Shown here piece after piece: positions 1 to 15,141 of a stretch of 64,000 bases of DNA (its first letter is position 1; every line of letters starts with the position of its first letter). The notes below the pieces were generated by a model. That model made no database searches, was not told the origin of the DNA, and saw nothing but the letters and a program-made list of their open reading frames with translations. The position numbers and the translations under genes were made by a program. Source of the DNA: the human T2T-CHM13v2.0 reference genome, Homo sapiens; NCBI RefSeq assembly GCF_009914755.1, contig NC_060925.1. One strand, written 5' to 3'.

Positions 1-89
1 AGAGGCGACAGCAATTTCCCTTCATTGGCGAGTCTGAGAGACTGCAAGGCTTCCATTTCCCTTAGGCGAGCTTCCCCAAGAGTTGCCAT
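1..89 (-). CDS. KDM5B: KDM5B exon 23 (partial, runs off left edge): MATLGEARLREMEALQSLRLANEGKLLSP...
   Basis: Acceptor ttcag (ct at 90-91); phase 0 continuation of exon 22; matches recalled KDM5B sequence. Confidence 0.95.
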   Translation of the reverse strand, partial: MATLGEARLREMEALQSLRLANEGKLLSP

Positions 90-151
90 CTGAAAAAGAG
101 TTAACAATCAAGGATGATGTCCGAGATAGCTTGGCCTTCCCCTAAAACTCA

Positions 152-382
152 GAGTCCTAGTGGTTAAGAGCATGGGATCCTGAGTAGATCATCTGTATTC
201 AAATCCTGACTGCCTCATACTAAGCTGTGAGTGACCTGGTGCCATGTATTCCATTGTGGCTAAATTTCTGCATGTGTAAAATGGAGGTGATAATAGTGCC
301 CACCTTACAGGGTGAGATGACAAGTAAGAGATGTGGGATAGGACACTCTTTGCCTGGCACATAGTAAACAAGTTCTCAAAAA
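152..382 (+). mobile_element. MIR SINE relic
   Basis: tagtggttaagagcatgg...ttcaaatcc...tgtaaaatgg...cctggcacatagtaa motifs. Confidence 0.75.
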
Positions 383-1631
383 ATCTGTCACAGTTAAAAA
401 ACCATTTCCAATCACCACATCTATCCCCTTTCAGATCCATCACGATTCACCAGATGAAGCACCCTTACAAGGCCAGAATAAACTCTCCATTATCTCTATT
501 AAAAAAAAAAAAAAAAAAGCCTAAAAGCAAATCAGGTAAAGACCTTTGGGTATATTAAAAAAAAAAAAAATCCACTTCTTTTGTAAATATAATACACAGG
601 TAATATGTGTGGGTTATATGATAACAAGGTAACTTCTGACAGCTTAGAGATGGAAAGCAAATGACTAACCTTTGAGTTCTACCATAAATTAACAGATAAT
701 ACGTAGGGAGAATTCTTAAAACCAGGGGTCTACAGACAGATGGACAGACTAAAATCTACAAAAGATACTGCATATAAAGTTTCAAACCAACATATATACA
801 CCTCAGGAGAGGGGGACTGTAACTTTCAGTTAGTCTTTATAAAAACAAACCACAGATGGAATGGAGGACCTCTGATGGCAGAATTCTGTCTAGAACCTGA
901 CTGAATATACGAATATACACTAAGAACATCTGTGTCAAAATACCTAAATAAATCAAGGCAACCCATGTCTATCACAAGAGGTCTGGCAGCTACAAAGAAA
1001 TCAATGGGAGAAGGTGTCCAGATCCACAGATGAACCCATTCAATCTAGTCCCAGTAGCAGGTATACATTCCCACTCTAGAACGGGCAATGCTTTGTGCCA
1101 TTAAAAGCATCACATAGCTATCCCTTTTTTATCCTGATAAGGTGCTTAATGTGTAACATTAGTTATACATTGCCTCATCTTCTTTAAACTATCATCTTTG
1201 AATCAACAGTATTTACTAAATGCAGGTCAGAGATGTAAGGTATTCCAGATGAGTATCAAAGTATCCAGTAAACTTTTAAATGTACTTCTTAACTATAAAC
1301 TAATAAATTAGCATTGCATTTTCATACATCTATTAATATTAGTCTCAATATCTTTAGTTAGCATTCCTGGATCAACCCACAGGCACTAAACAAGACTGTT
1401 TCTGTGCCTGCAAGACCCTGAGACTGGGAAGCCTACCCTGAATCTTTCCCACCTCTATGCATCTTACCATTCAAAACTCTTAACACTTGACAATTTTCAA
1501 AAAGTCTTTTTAGTAAAACTGAACGCTTTCAAGTTACTCTACTTGCCTTCTCCAAATTCCTATAAAACAGAAAGGGTTAGAAATTATTCTTCCCAATAAC
1601 ATAGAAAGGAGAAGAAAAAAACCCTACATAC

Positions 1632-1790
1632 AGCTGAAGCAGTCTCCTTGCTTTCAGTTAAAGCTCTCTCCAGGTCACTCAGACTCTCTAATTTGGTGCT
1701 TTTTTTCTTTCCATTTGGCAAGGGCTCCTTTAACTTTCTCTGCTTCCTTTTCAATCCCAAAAGGCCAATATCACATCGAGGACACAGCAC
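1632..1790 (-). CDS. KDM5B: KDM5B exon 22 (VLCPRCDIG...KETASA, 53 aa)
   Basis: 159 nt, ag/gtatgt boundaries, phase 0-0; ORF track 1584..1790. Confidence 0.97.
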
Positions 1791-2415
1791 CTAATGTGGG
1801 ACAAGGCACAACCAATGGTAAAATAAATTTCAGATAAAGCATTATGTAGGAAGTCCCAAAATAAAAGCCTAAGCAGTAAAAAGGATGTGCATTTCTTAGT
1901 ATTGAAGATTTTCTTTGGAACATGCAACCCTGAGACTCTCCTTTACAAAAGGAGGAGGAAGACTCATAAAAGATAGACTGATTCCTTATTCAATTAAGTA
2001 ACAAGTTAAAAATGTGATATATACTGGTTGATCCCAGTCATGATGCACAAGCAAGTTTACAGAAAATACAAAAAGTGCAGTTAAAGCACTTTTAAAAAAT
2101 GGGGGAGATCATTTATCAGGCTTACTAAATTCAGGTGGGCGAAGCACGGCCAAGTTTAAGAGTCCAATTTCAACACAGAGGAATTTCACCCAATAGGAAA
2201 AAATTTTCTTCTTTAGATACTGTTATGCTAAATCAACCAAGAAAACATTTAAAGGTTGCTTCACCAGAAAATTAGAAGAGTCTCCCTGGCTTTACGGGAA
2301 GAACAACTCACAGAATATAGATTAATCTGTGATGTCATCTTTGTATGTGATGAACTGCATGTTTTACCAAACTAGGAGATCTAAGGTCTTGCAGATGAGC
2401 TGGTTGTAAACTTAC

Positions 2416-2595
2416 CTCTAAGAGAGAATATGGAGAATTCTCAGTCAAGAATGTATTAACAGCACATTCTTTCCAAGCCTGAACCTCAGCTACTAGGGTT
2501 TCCAGTCTTGGCAAAGAATTCAGATGTACCGGGATAGATCGGCCTCGTGTAACAAGTTCTATGAGTGTGTCTAACACTGGCACACGTCCTCCAGC
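2416..2595 (-). CDS. KDM5B: KDM5B exon 21 (AGGRVPVLDT...YSLLE, 60 aa; PLU-1 region)
   Basis: 180 nt, ag/gtaagt; ORF track 2335..2583. Confidence 0.97.
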
Positions 2596-2813
2596 CTAAT
2601 AAGTCAAGAAAAATTACAGCAGTTTAGAGAAAAGAACACTTCTATGAAAAACAGGAAAAGCTTAATTCAGATTGGTCCATTGAGTACTTCAGATTACTCC
2701 ATGATCTCAACATGCTAAATTCACAAACGCTGACTAACCTGCCAGCTGACCAATGATATTGGGGGTAGAAGTGACATTTGTTCCTTCATTACACAAACAG
2801 AGAACCTAGTTTG

Positions 2814-3160
<347 letters not shown>

Positions 3161-3434
3161 TAGGCTCTAAGGATACAAATGTGAACATGGCATATACTGT
3201 GGTCCCTTTGTTCTATTTATACCCTTCTAAATTCACTCATCTCATTGGTTCCTATTAACAGTTTGAAAAAAATTTCAACAGAAATGAAGGTTTGTAGTAA
3301 CTCAAGACTTTCATACTGAATTACACAAATAAAAGGCAACAAAACAATATTTTACCCCAATCCACTCACCAATGATTAATTAAAGCAACTCAATATAAAT
3401 TATTCAGGAAACTAAAATATAAGTTGAGACAGCC

Positions 3435-3630
3435 CAGTGGTTCTCTAACTTTACCATGTATAAGAATCATCTGGAAGGCTTGTTTAAACACAGTTTCCTT
3501 AGTCCTATCCCCAAATATTCTAATTCAGTGGGTCAGAGGAAGGTCCATAAATTTGCACTTCTAACAAGTTCCCAGGTAAAGCTGCTGTTGCCGATGCTAA
3601 TACTGCTGGTCTGGGAACTGTATTTTTAGA
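3435..3630. mobile_element. MER5-type hAT-Charlie relic
   Basis: cagtggttct...agaatcatctgga...tttgcacttctaacaagttcccaggt motifs. Confidence 0.7.
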
Positions 3631-5647
3631 AAGAGATAGCCAAACTAGGAGAGTAAAAGCATTAAGGTTATGGAGGATGAAATGCATTGGTGTTGCTCCA
3701 ATACAATGTAAAACTTAGCATCACTAATGGTAGGTCATCCAGATATGTCTCCTGTTGTGATGCAATATAGAATATACAGTATTACCTGACATTTTAATGC
3801 ATTATATTAAAAAAATGTTTAACTTGGATGCACCAGGGCTTTAAAACTAACTTCCAATTTATAGGAAATACAGAGAACAGAACACTCCACAAAGAAACAA
3901 TCAAACAAATCCAGAAGGTGGAGCATACCATGGGATAACTGTCTAGTCAGTGACATGAGAAAAAGTGGGGTGGGGAGGAAAACGCTACAAGATTAAAAGA
4001 AACTTAAAGAGATGACAATTAGGTGCAACATGTGTTTCTGGGTTAGACAAACAGCCATAAGGGACATTTTTGGGACAACTAGGGAAGACTGGGTAGGTTG
4101 ATATTTTGCTGCCTTTGATATTTATTCTTACAGAATTAAATCTGTTAGGGCATAAATGTTCTGATGGACACTTAAGAATGTGACTCATAAATTAATGCTA
4201 TTCCTATGATATTTAATTTAGAAATCCGAGTGCTTCCTATGTGTAAAGCAGAATACTGCATAACATTTAAATAATCCACTAAATAGGAAGTAGTTCCTTG
4301 TTGTTAGTCATGTGTAGCAGTCCTTAAATATATGATGCAAAAAAAAGGTAGGCTACTTTTTCAGGAATGAAGCAAAAAACTTGCCTTTTGCCCTTAATGG
4401 CACTGTTACAAACATAGTAAGTAGCATATACATATAAAATATGAAGGAAATAAACTCATCCAGAAGCATGCCCTTGCTTTCTGATTTTATATGTCAGCCT
4501 CTCCTTACTGCCATGACTTCACCTTCTGGCTGCTAGCAATCATGGAGTAAAAAGGAGGACCATAACTAAAACTAATTACTACAATACCAACTATCATTGA
4601 CAAGTGCCTGCATCTAAAACTCTCATTAACAAAGTTTATGTCCATAGTAAATACTTTTGTTTTTGTTTTTGGCTTGCTGGAGTCAGTCCTTAATTATGTA
4701 ATCTCCTCAAACAATATATCTTCTTTTCCCTATTAACAAGAACAGATGCAAACATTTGTCTAGAATTGTCCTGTTTGGTATTTCTTGTTAGCAATTAGCC
4801 AATTAACACCACTTAAAATTACACAAATATTCAGAAAGCCAGATCGTATTTTATTTCTAGAATTTGAGGACTTCAACAAAATAGAACTTGAGACTTTTTT
4901 TTTTCTCAATAGGTCAGTAACACCTATTGGTTTATGATGATAAGAGATAAGGGAAGACATCCCCCATCAAACACGTTTCAAATTAAGTCATTCAGCCAGT
5001 CGTCTGAAAACTGGGAAAATCATATTAAAGAATGAATTCTTTTTGTACCTTAACAATGCTACAAGTGAATTTAATTCTTTTTTTAAACTTATATACAGGT
5101 CAATAAGTATAACATCTAGCATAAAACCACAAATACTTGGTGGAAATGACTTTGGATACTTTGGATAATTACTTTGGAACTGGGTAGGTTTTATTTCTTT
5201 TGTAGGGTTGGGAGGGTACTTTTAAGTCACTACTTCATGAAAATTCTGGGCCTTGGGGCTTAGCTGGGCATTTAGTCATATAACTAGATTCACTGAATTT
5301 GCTATTACTGATTGTCTGAACTTCAAAGTTGTGGACAAGCCAACAAGAGGTAATCATACTTATCAAAGAGTAGAAAACTACTTTCTCTCACTACTTCATT
5401 GTTAGCTCTTTTGCTTCAATCTGCAGTCAAGTACTCAAGTTTGTTATGAAAGACTCCCCAGCTCCCAGAAAAAGTTGGTGACACTGTCTAAGCTTTAAAT
5501 ATTTGAGACAACTGGTCAGGATAATAGCTGGTAAGTACATCCAAATAAGTATGAATAGAATTAGTCTTCTGGTCAACCCCTAAAATACTGAAACTGTGCA
5601 GCAAGATCCAACGTATTATTCTTCACAACTTTCCAATATTGCTCTTT

Positions 5648-6817
5648 TTTTTTTTGCCTTTTTTATTTTTATTTTTATTTATTTATTTATTTTTTATTGA
5701 TCATTCTTGGGTGTTTCTCGCAGAGGGGGAGTTGGCAGGGTCATAGGACAATAGTGGAGGGAACGTCAGCAGATAAACAAGTGAACAAAGGTCTCTGGTT
5801 TTCCTAGGCAGAGGACCCTGCGGCCTTCGGCAGTGTTTGTGTCCCTGGGTACTTGAGATTAGGGAGTGGTGATGATTCTTAATGAGCATGCTGCCTTCAA
5901 GCATCTGTTAAACAAAGCACATCTTGCACCGCCCTTAATCCATTTAACCCTGAGTGGACACAGCACATGTTTCAGAGAGCACAGGGTTGGGGGTAAGGTC
6001 ACCGATCAACAGGATCCCAAGGCAGAAGAATTTTTCTTGGTACAGAACAAAATGAAAAGTCTCCCATGTCTACTTCTTTCTACACAGACACGGCAACCAT
6101 CCGATTTCTCAATCTTTTCCCCACCTTTCCCCCCTTTCTATTCCACAAAACCGCCATTGTCATCCCGGCCCGTTCTCAATGAGCTGTTGGGTACACCTCC
6201 CAGACGGGGTGGTGGCCGGGCAGAGGAGCTCCTCACATCCCAGTAGGGGCAGCCGGGCAGAGGCGCCCCTCACCTCCCGGACGGGGCGGCTGGCCGGGCA
6301 TGGGGCTGACCCCCCCCACCTCCCTCCCAGACGGGGCGGCTGGCCGGGCAGAGGGGCTCCTCACTTCCCAGTAGGGGCGGCCGGGCAGAGGCGCCCCTCA
6401 CCTCCCGGACGGGGCGGCTGGCCGGGTTGGGGGCTGACCCTCCCGCCTCCCTCCCGGACGGGGCGGCTGGCCGGGCAGAGGGGATCCTCACTTTCCAGTA
6501 GGGGCGGCCGGGCAGAGGCGCCCCTCACCTCCCGGACGGGGTGGCCGGCCGGGCGGGGGGCTGACCCCCCCACCTCCCTCCCGGACAGGGCAGCCGGCCG
6601 GGTGGGGGTCTGACCCCCCCACCTCCCTCCCGGACGGGGCGGCTGGCCGGGCGGGGGGCTGACCCCCTCACCTCCCTCCCGGACGGGGCGGCTGGCCAGG
6701 CAGAGGGGCTCCTCACTTCCCAGTAGGGGCGGCTGGGCAGAGGCGCCCCTCACCTCCCGGACGGGGCGGCTGGCCGGGTCGGGGGCTGACCCCCCCACCT
6801 CCCTCCCGGACGGGGCG
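5648..6817 (-). mobile_element. 5'-truncated SVA retrotransposon (partial VNTR + SINE-R + poly(A)), sense to KDM5B, in intron 20
   Basis: T-rich tail ~5648-5692; AATAAA (minus) 5693-5698; SINE-R ~5699-6190; GC-rich VNTR ~6190-6817; no CCCTCT hexamer or Alu-like domain; 15-bp TSD ccaatattgctcttt at 5633-5647 and 6818-6832. Confidence 0.97.
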
Positions 6818-6875
6818 CCAATATTGCTCTTTATGGATGCACTTACACATTCTGTATATACTTTTTAAAACCAAC

Positions 6876-7014
6876 CTGCAGGCCCTCTACATCCTGAAGC
6901 CAGTCTCTGGCTCTCTGCACTGAGTCTTTCAGAGCCGCACCATTGGGCAGATATGCAGGGATCTCTTCGATTTCCTTTACTGCCGTAGCAAGGCTATTCA
7001 ATGAATGTCGTGGC
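6876..7014 (-). CDS. KDM5B: KDM5B exon 20 ((R)PRHSLNS...VEGLQ)
   Basis: 139 nt, tag/gttggt, phase 2-0. Confidence 0.97.
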
Positions 7015-7568
7015 CTACAAAATGCAAACAAAGACTTCTTAGCATTTTATATGATGGTTCATTTTTCTTATGGTTACCAAAAAAACTAGCATTTCAAAGG
7101 AAATTCAGTATGGCAAATAATTTTTTTCAAATGACATTGTCTATTCCTGTTGAAAATTATCTGCACTGTTTTCTTGCAGAACAGTGCCTATTAACTCTCA
7201 CACATTTCTCTTTAAGACTCCTTGGAACCGTATTAACTGTGAGTTTAAACAGCTTCACCTATTTGTAAATATTTTCCTCTCTCAAAGACACGATATTAAC
7301 AGGATCCAGGGAAATTTCATTAAACCAACTCTAGAAAAGGTGTGTCCAATTGAATTATTCATTTTTAATCAGTAAAATAAGAAAAAATTAACATTCTTTT
7401 ACTCAGGTCCCAAAGCAGCTCCAAATATCTCAGCTATTTCTACATGTCTTCCACATGCATAATAACCGCAGCTACTGAGCACTTGCCATAGACCAATCAT
7501 TGTGCTCTGTGTTTAAGCTGGAGATAACTGTCCAACCTTCCCAAAGAAAGAGAAGTCTGCTTTTTCAC

Positions 7569-7924
7569 CTGGCCTTGAGGAGACTCTTGGCTTTGTCGTC
7601 CCAGTGCTCTGACACTGTGAGCAGTTCCTGCAGCCGGGCCATAGCTTTCTCCACTGCTGAATACGGGGCCAGCCCTACCCCTAGGTCTATGAGACGTCTC
7701 ATATCATCTAAAGTAAGGGAGCTGGGGTCTAGGCAAGCTTGCTGCACCTCTTCTAGCCAACGGGCTTGTTCCAAACGGATACGCATCTCAGCAAGCTGTG
7801 GAAGTTCAACATCAAATTCAAAGCTGACATCTAGCAAGTCCTGCAGCTCCGCAGCACTAGGCGTTTCCTCAGAGAGTAGTTTCTGACTATGCTGTTGAAA
7901 ATCTTCTACACGATTCAAGAGATC
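7569..7924 (-). CDS. KDM5B: KDM5B exon 19 (DLLNRVEDF...LLKA(R))
   Basis: 356 nt, tag/gtgaaa, phase 0-2; ORF track 7565..7918. Confidence 0.97.
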
Positions 7925-8123
7925 CTAAAAAAAAATACACAGGTTGTTGCATTAAAACAGTAATTTCAGTAATTGGCTTCTTTCAAACTTAGAATCTTAA
8001 ATTCATATTCAATGAGATCCCATTTAATTTTAGTAATAATATAGGTAAATAAGATAACACATAAGCCAACTAACAGCAAATACTAAGTGACTATAACAGA
8101 CACCTTATCCCAGCTTAAACTAG

Positions 8124-8376
<253 letters not shown>

Positions 8377-8593
8377 AGGTCACTTTCAAAGTAAAAATTT
8401 CCAACTTTATTTCCCCTCTGTGGACCTACTATAATCTCTTTATATACATATACCACTCAATAGGTTATTAAAAGCATCTGCAAATAAATGTACATATTAA
8501 TCATCAAAGAAGATTACTTAGTAATATCAATAGAGTTTATATACAAAATACAGGATTACCAAAGTATTCTCCCACACATCCCTCTATGGTTAC

Positions 8594-8708
8594 CTTTAGT
8601 AATGGTGTCTGACTGAGGACACATGGAAGAGCATACAGCTGTGTTACAAACTGCCGGAGCTCATTCACTGTCAACTGATTTTGGGATTTCCCTCCACCAG
8701 ATCGATAT
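8594..8708 (-). CDS. KDM5B: KDM5B exon 18 ((R)YRSGGGKSQ...TPLLK)
   Basis: 115 nt, cag/gtaacc, phase 2-0. Confidence 0.97.
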
Positions 8709-8857
8709 CTGTAAAGACAAAGGCCCAAGGAAGCCATATAAGAATACATACATGTCCACCACACCCAGGTGGTCACAGAAATTCAAGACAGGAGTCACAA
8801 CAGGTTTCCAAACATAGATGCCAAAGAATCCAAACTCACGCAGTCAGAAGCGCATAC

Positions 8858-9008
8858 CTAGTTTGCCTTTTGCCATTAAGCAACTGCTGCGCAACAGAGG
8901 CACACTTCTCTGCATCCTGTGTGACTAGGCGAAGGTGTCGCAAAAGATCATTGTCTGGGAATTTCTTCATTTCAGATTCTTCAATTAAAGCCTTGAAGCT
9001 GACAAGGC
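8858..9008 (-). CDS. KDM5B: KDM5B exon 17 ((S)LVSFKALIEE...KRQT(R))
   Basis: 151 nt, tag/gtatgc, phase 1-2; manually translated. Confidence 0.96.
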
Positions 9009-9256
9009 CTAGGAATGAAGAAAAAAGTCATATTTTCTGTAATCATTATGTTTATTACTACTGGTATGAAATTCAGAGGAGACTGGTTTTGTCAGTTCTT
9101 GTCTAGAAATGTAACTTACAAATGTTTGCAATGCTTTAAATTATTAACAAATTTGTTGATTTGATTTTTGCAGGGTGGTGGCTGAACACGGAGTTTTTTA
9201 AACAAGTGCCTAGAGTTGAACTTAAATATAAAAATGCTAAGACCTGACATGTTTTA

Positions 9257-9560
9257 GGGCGGGTACAGTGGCTCACGCCTGTAAATCCCAGCAATTTGCA
9301 AGGCCAAGGCAGGAAGATCACTTGAGGCCAGGAGTTTAACACCAGCCTGGTCAACACAAGCAAGATCTCCTCTCTACAAAATTAAAGAACTTAGCCAGCC
9401 ATGGTGGCACACAACTGTAGTCCCAACTATTTGACAAACTAAAGCAGGAGGATTACTTAAACCCAGGATTTCAAGGCTGCGGTGAGCCACGACCATGCCA
9501 CTGCACTCCAGTTGAGATGACAGAGCAAGACCTTGTCTCAAAAAAAAAAAAAAAAAAAAA
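9257..9560 (+). mobile_element. AluJ-like
   Basis: Dimeric Alu, poly-A, TSD acctg(a/g)catgttt. Confidence 0.9.
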
Positions 9561-9819
9561 CACCTGGCATGTTTAAAATAGACAAAAAGAAGAAAACAAC
9601 TGACTTATGAAAGCAAAGTAAATATAAATCTTATTGTGGCTTGAACCACTTCTTCCTCCTGCATTTTATTCTGCAGTTAGTGAGTAACTAGTGTGCTCAG
9701 TTACTAGAGCACAGTAGACTCAGAGACAATGATATTGCTCCTTTCCCCTAAATAAAAGCGGGTGGAGTTACGTGTTGGGCTACAGAAATGGAAGCAAGTG
9801 AAAACACTCTGAAAGAGAA

Positions 9820-11540
<1,721 letters not shown>

Positions 11541-12053
11541 ACTATATTTTCATAAGAAAAAAGAGAGAGAGAGATATAAAGGGTAGCAGTGACTTTCAAA
11601 GGTAATGACAAGTGCCAGGGACCTTAACTTTAATTAGAACTAAGAAGTGATAAACTACCATTTCAGAGACTCCTGATTTAGTGTCATGCTGCCTTTGTCA
11701 CAAGATGCTTTGTTTTTGTTTTTGTTTTTTTAAAGATTTCAACATCTTTGTAAGAAATGTGAAATTTTTATTTCTGAGACAAAAATAAAGGTTTCCTAAC
11801 AATATCGTTTTTGTTAAGTAAGTGATGTTGCACAACTCATATAACAAAATTTCACTGGGATGTAAGGGCAACTGCCTTATCCACTCTTGGTTTTAAAACC
11901 TTCTCTGCCGGTGCTCTGTAAACCGGGCTATGTAGAGGGGCTAACCAAGGATGAGGTCAGGCTGTTTCAAGAAATGTTTTGTTGACTTTAATTTGGCTAC
12001 ATCACAATAAGCCCCAATTTGCCAATCACCAAGTCACTTTCTGTATCACATAC

Positions 12054-12178
12054 TTTTCTTCTTGTTGATCTTTGCCTCCAAAGCTTCATTCACATTCAAG
12101 GCCCATTCGTTGTAAGATTCTGCTCGAAGCTTCAATGCATTCATCATAGGGTAGAGATCATCCAGCGTGTACCTATAC
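12054..12178 (-). CDS. KDM5B: KDM5B exon 16 ((R)YRYTLDDL...KINKKK(S))
   Basis: 125 nt, cag/gtatgt, phase 2-1. Confidence 0.97.
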
Positions 12179-12338
12179 CTGGAAATAATACCACCACACT
12201 TAGCTTTGAGACGTGTAGCTTTGGAGAAAACTAGATGTTTTATACTTAACATTTCAGCCCTAGAACTGCGGTATCATTGAGCTTTTAGTAAGGATCAACT
12301 GTTTTCCATAGGAAAAAAAAATCGTTCTTCCTACTTAC

Positions 12339-12520
12339 CGCAATTTATATTTATAAGGAGGACAGGAACACAATTCTTTTACATGATGCAGGCAAACAAG
12401 AAGGCCAGGTTTACAAGAACAGGAGATGGCAGACATGAAGCATGTAGTTTTGCATTTTACACACTGACGTTCATCATCTGGCAACAGCTCAAAATCCATT
12501 CTTTCCGAATCAATCACTCC
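12339..12520 (-). CDS. KDM5B: KDM5B exon 15 (GVIDSERM...YKYKL(R)); C5HC2 zinc finger
   Basis: 182 nt, tag/gtaagt; CVKC...CSC...CLHH...C motif. Confidence 0.98.
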
Positions 12521-13789
12521 CTAGAATAAAGTATACTTTAGAGAGACCTCCAAAGGATAATATAATCCACCAGCCCAAGACAAACATGCAGTAGTACTTG
12601 AGTCTGAAAAAAAAAAAAAAGCTTTACCAAAATAGGGATGCATGATTAAAAATGTGTGGCATACAAAGAAACAAATGACCTAGCAAATACAGGCAAGTTC
12701 ATTTGTCTAGGGAGATCTCCTTTTTCAGACAAGGCAGGTCCTTATGTTTGGTCATTTTGATCTGAGTATGAACACCATAGGACTGTAAAACTACTGAGAT
12801 TAGTTATCTGTTCTACTACAAATTAGCCTTGTCCACATTTTGGGTATAGATAAGAGGTATAGATAAGATTAAAAGAAAGGAATATGTTTCCTACTTCTGA
12901 GGAAATATGGAGAATCTATTAAAAGGACAAAAATAAAAGGAAAGAAGATGGGACGAGTGGAAAAGACTATCGTGCAGAAATTGAGTTTGGGAAGATGCTG
13001 AGTGGTCTCTCAGCCTTTTACAGGAAGTTATATGAAAGGATATCATTAACTGAATAGTTAGAAAATTTGTGCAATAGCAAAGACTAAAGTCATAATTAAA
13101 CATTTCCTCCTAAAAGACTGTCAGGAAAAATAAGGTCTTGAACCAGTAAATTTCAACATAATCTGTACCACCTAACATCTAGAGAACCCTTCTTGGATAT
13201 ACCTTTTGTCATTTAAAGACCAAACTTCTATCACCTTTTCTCCCTATCTAAAACTGGATCCTAATCCAGCCTTGAGAATGCCAGTCGTTTATGAACTACT
13301 GGGCTTCTTTCTTTTATTCTGTTATCCTGTATTTTAACCTTTTAACTATTTCATATCTGCCAATTATATGGGCCAACAAAGATGAGGAAGGTAAGGAAAA
13401 TGCTAATTAGATTTTGGTTTTATTCTTGAATTGGTCATTAAAAAGGACTTCATGGGATGGAGAAAGTTAACATTTTTGTTTAAAATAAGATTAAGGACCA
13501 ACTCCATGGATTTTAATTGAGAATCAATCATGTAGTTCATACCTAATTTTAATTTGTAAATTCCATATATGGAAAAAGTCTCAGAGTTCTAAAAATGAGC
13601 TACCATTTTTGATGTAAGACTTTGGTAAGTTACTTAAACCCTCTGGGCACTATTTTCCCCCAACTGTAAAATATAAGAGGGTAAGGTAGGTAACCTGCTG
13701 TTAAAATGTAAATGGGCTGCAGAGAGCCAATATTCCAGGATTCTACCCAAAAAGGCACATATTTAAAAAAAAAAAAAAAAAAACAGTAT

Positions 13790-15040
13790 TACTATTTGCA
13801 GATATTATTATTCTAAAAGAATCCATGAAAAAGCTACTGGGAATTAAGTGACTTTAGCAAGGTCTCAGGAGACAAGGTCAATATACAAGTCAATTGTCTC
13901 TCTAAATACTAGCAATAAACAATTAGAAATTCAGTTTTTAAAAGTACAATTTATAATAGTGCCAAAAAACATGCAATATAAAATTATACTATGTTCATGA
14001 ATTGGAAGACTCAATATTATTAAGATATCAATTCTCCCCCAAACTATCCATAGTTTCATGCAGTCTCAATCAAAATTCCAACAGGAATTGATTTGGTAGA
14101 AATCAATAAGCTGATTCTAAAATGTACATTAAAAAAAGTAAAAGAGATAAAACAATTTTTTAAAAAAAACAAAGTTAGAAGACTCATACTACCTGATTTC
14201 AAGACTTCTTAGAAAGCTACAATAATCAAGACCATTTAGTATTAGCAATAGAATAGATGCATAGATCACCAGAACACAAGAGTCCAGAAATAGACCCATA
14301 CTTATGTGGTGAATTGATTTTCAACAAAGGTGCCAAAGCAATTTAATGAAGAAAAGATAGTCTTTTCAAGAAATGCTGCTGGAAGAACTAGATATCCACA
14401 TGCAAAAAAATGAACCTTGACTCATATTTTTGAAAAACAAAAATTACTTGAAATAGATGAAAGACCTAAATGTAAAACTTCAAACTATGAAATTCTAGAT
14501 GACTTTGTAGGAGAAAATCTTTGTAACTTTGGATTAGGCAAGATTTATTAAATAGGAAACCAAAAAAACATGATTCACACAAGAAAATAATTAACAAACT
14601 GGACTTCATCAAAATGAAAAACTCCTGCTTGCTGAAAGACACTGGTAGGAAAATCAAAGACAAGCCACAGACTGGGAGAAAACATTAGCAAAACACCTAT
14701 CTGATTTAAAAAAAAAAAAACTGGTATGCAGAATACATAAAGAATTATTACAAAAACCAAATGTTTTAAAAAAATAAAGGGCAAGCCGGGTGTGGTGGCT
14801 CACGCCTGTAATCCCAGCACATTGGGAGGTTGAGTTGGGTGGATAGCTTGAACCCAGGAGTTTGAGACCAGCCTGGGCAACATAGTGAGACCCTGTTTCT
14901 ACAAAACATTTTTTTTAAAGGGGCAAGACATTTGAACAGCTACTTCAAAGAGACATATGTACATGTGGCAAATAAGATAGTGAATAAAAATTAAAACCAC
15001 GAGATACTACTATACATCTATTACAATGGCCTCAAAGAAA
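13790..15040 (+). mobile_element. Old L1M ORF2 fragment with an Alu monomer (~14784-14910)
   Basis: ttggaagactcaatattattaagat...acctgatttcaagactt...ccagaaatagacccatac motifs. Confidence 0.8.
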
Positions 15041-15141
15041 ATAGGCTTTAAAAAGACTGCTTAAAATGATATTAAAGTGCGTAAAAATTTTACTAAGTAA
15101 TACCCAATGACAACATGCAGTTGGATTTCCATAAGCCTTAC

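Noticed and set aside
5701-6798. Overlapping 60-145 aa ORFs
   Set aside because: Products of the GC-rich SVA VNTR and SINE-R, not genes
6190-6817. Repeat array superficially like CRISPR
   Set aside because: SVA VNTR with no unique spacers or cas genes; eukaryotic DNA
7500-7886. 128-aa plus-strand ORF
   Set aside because: Antisense shadow of exon 19
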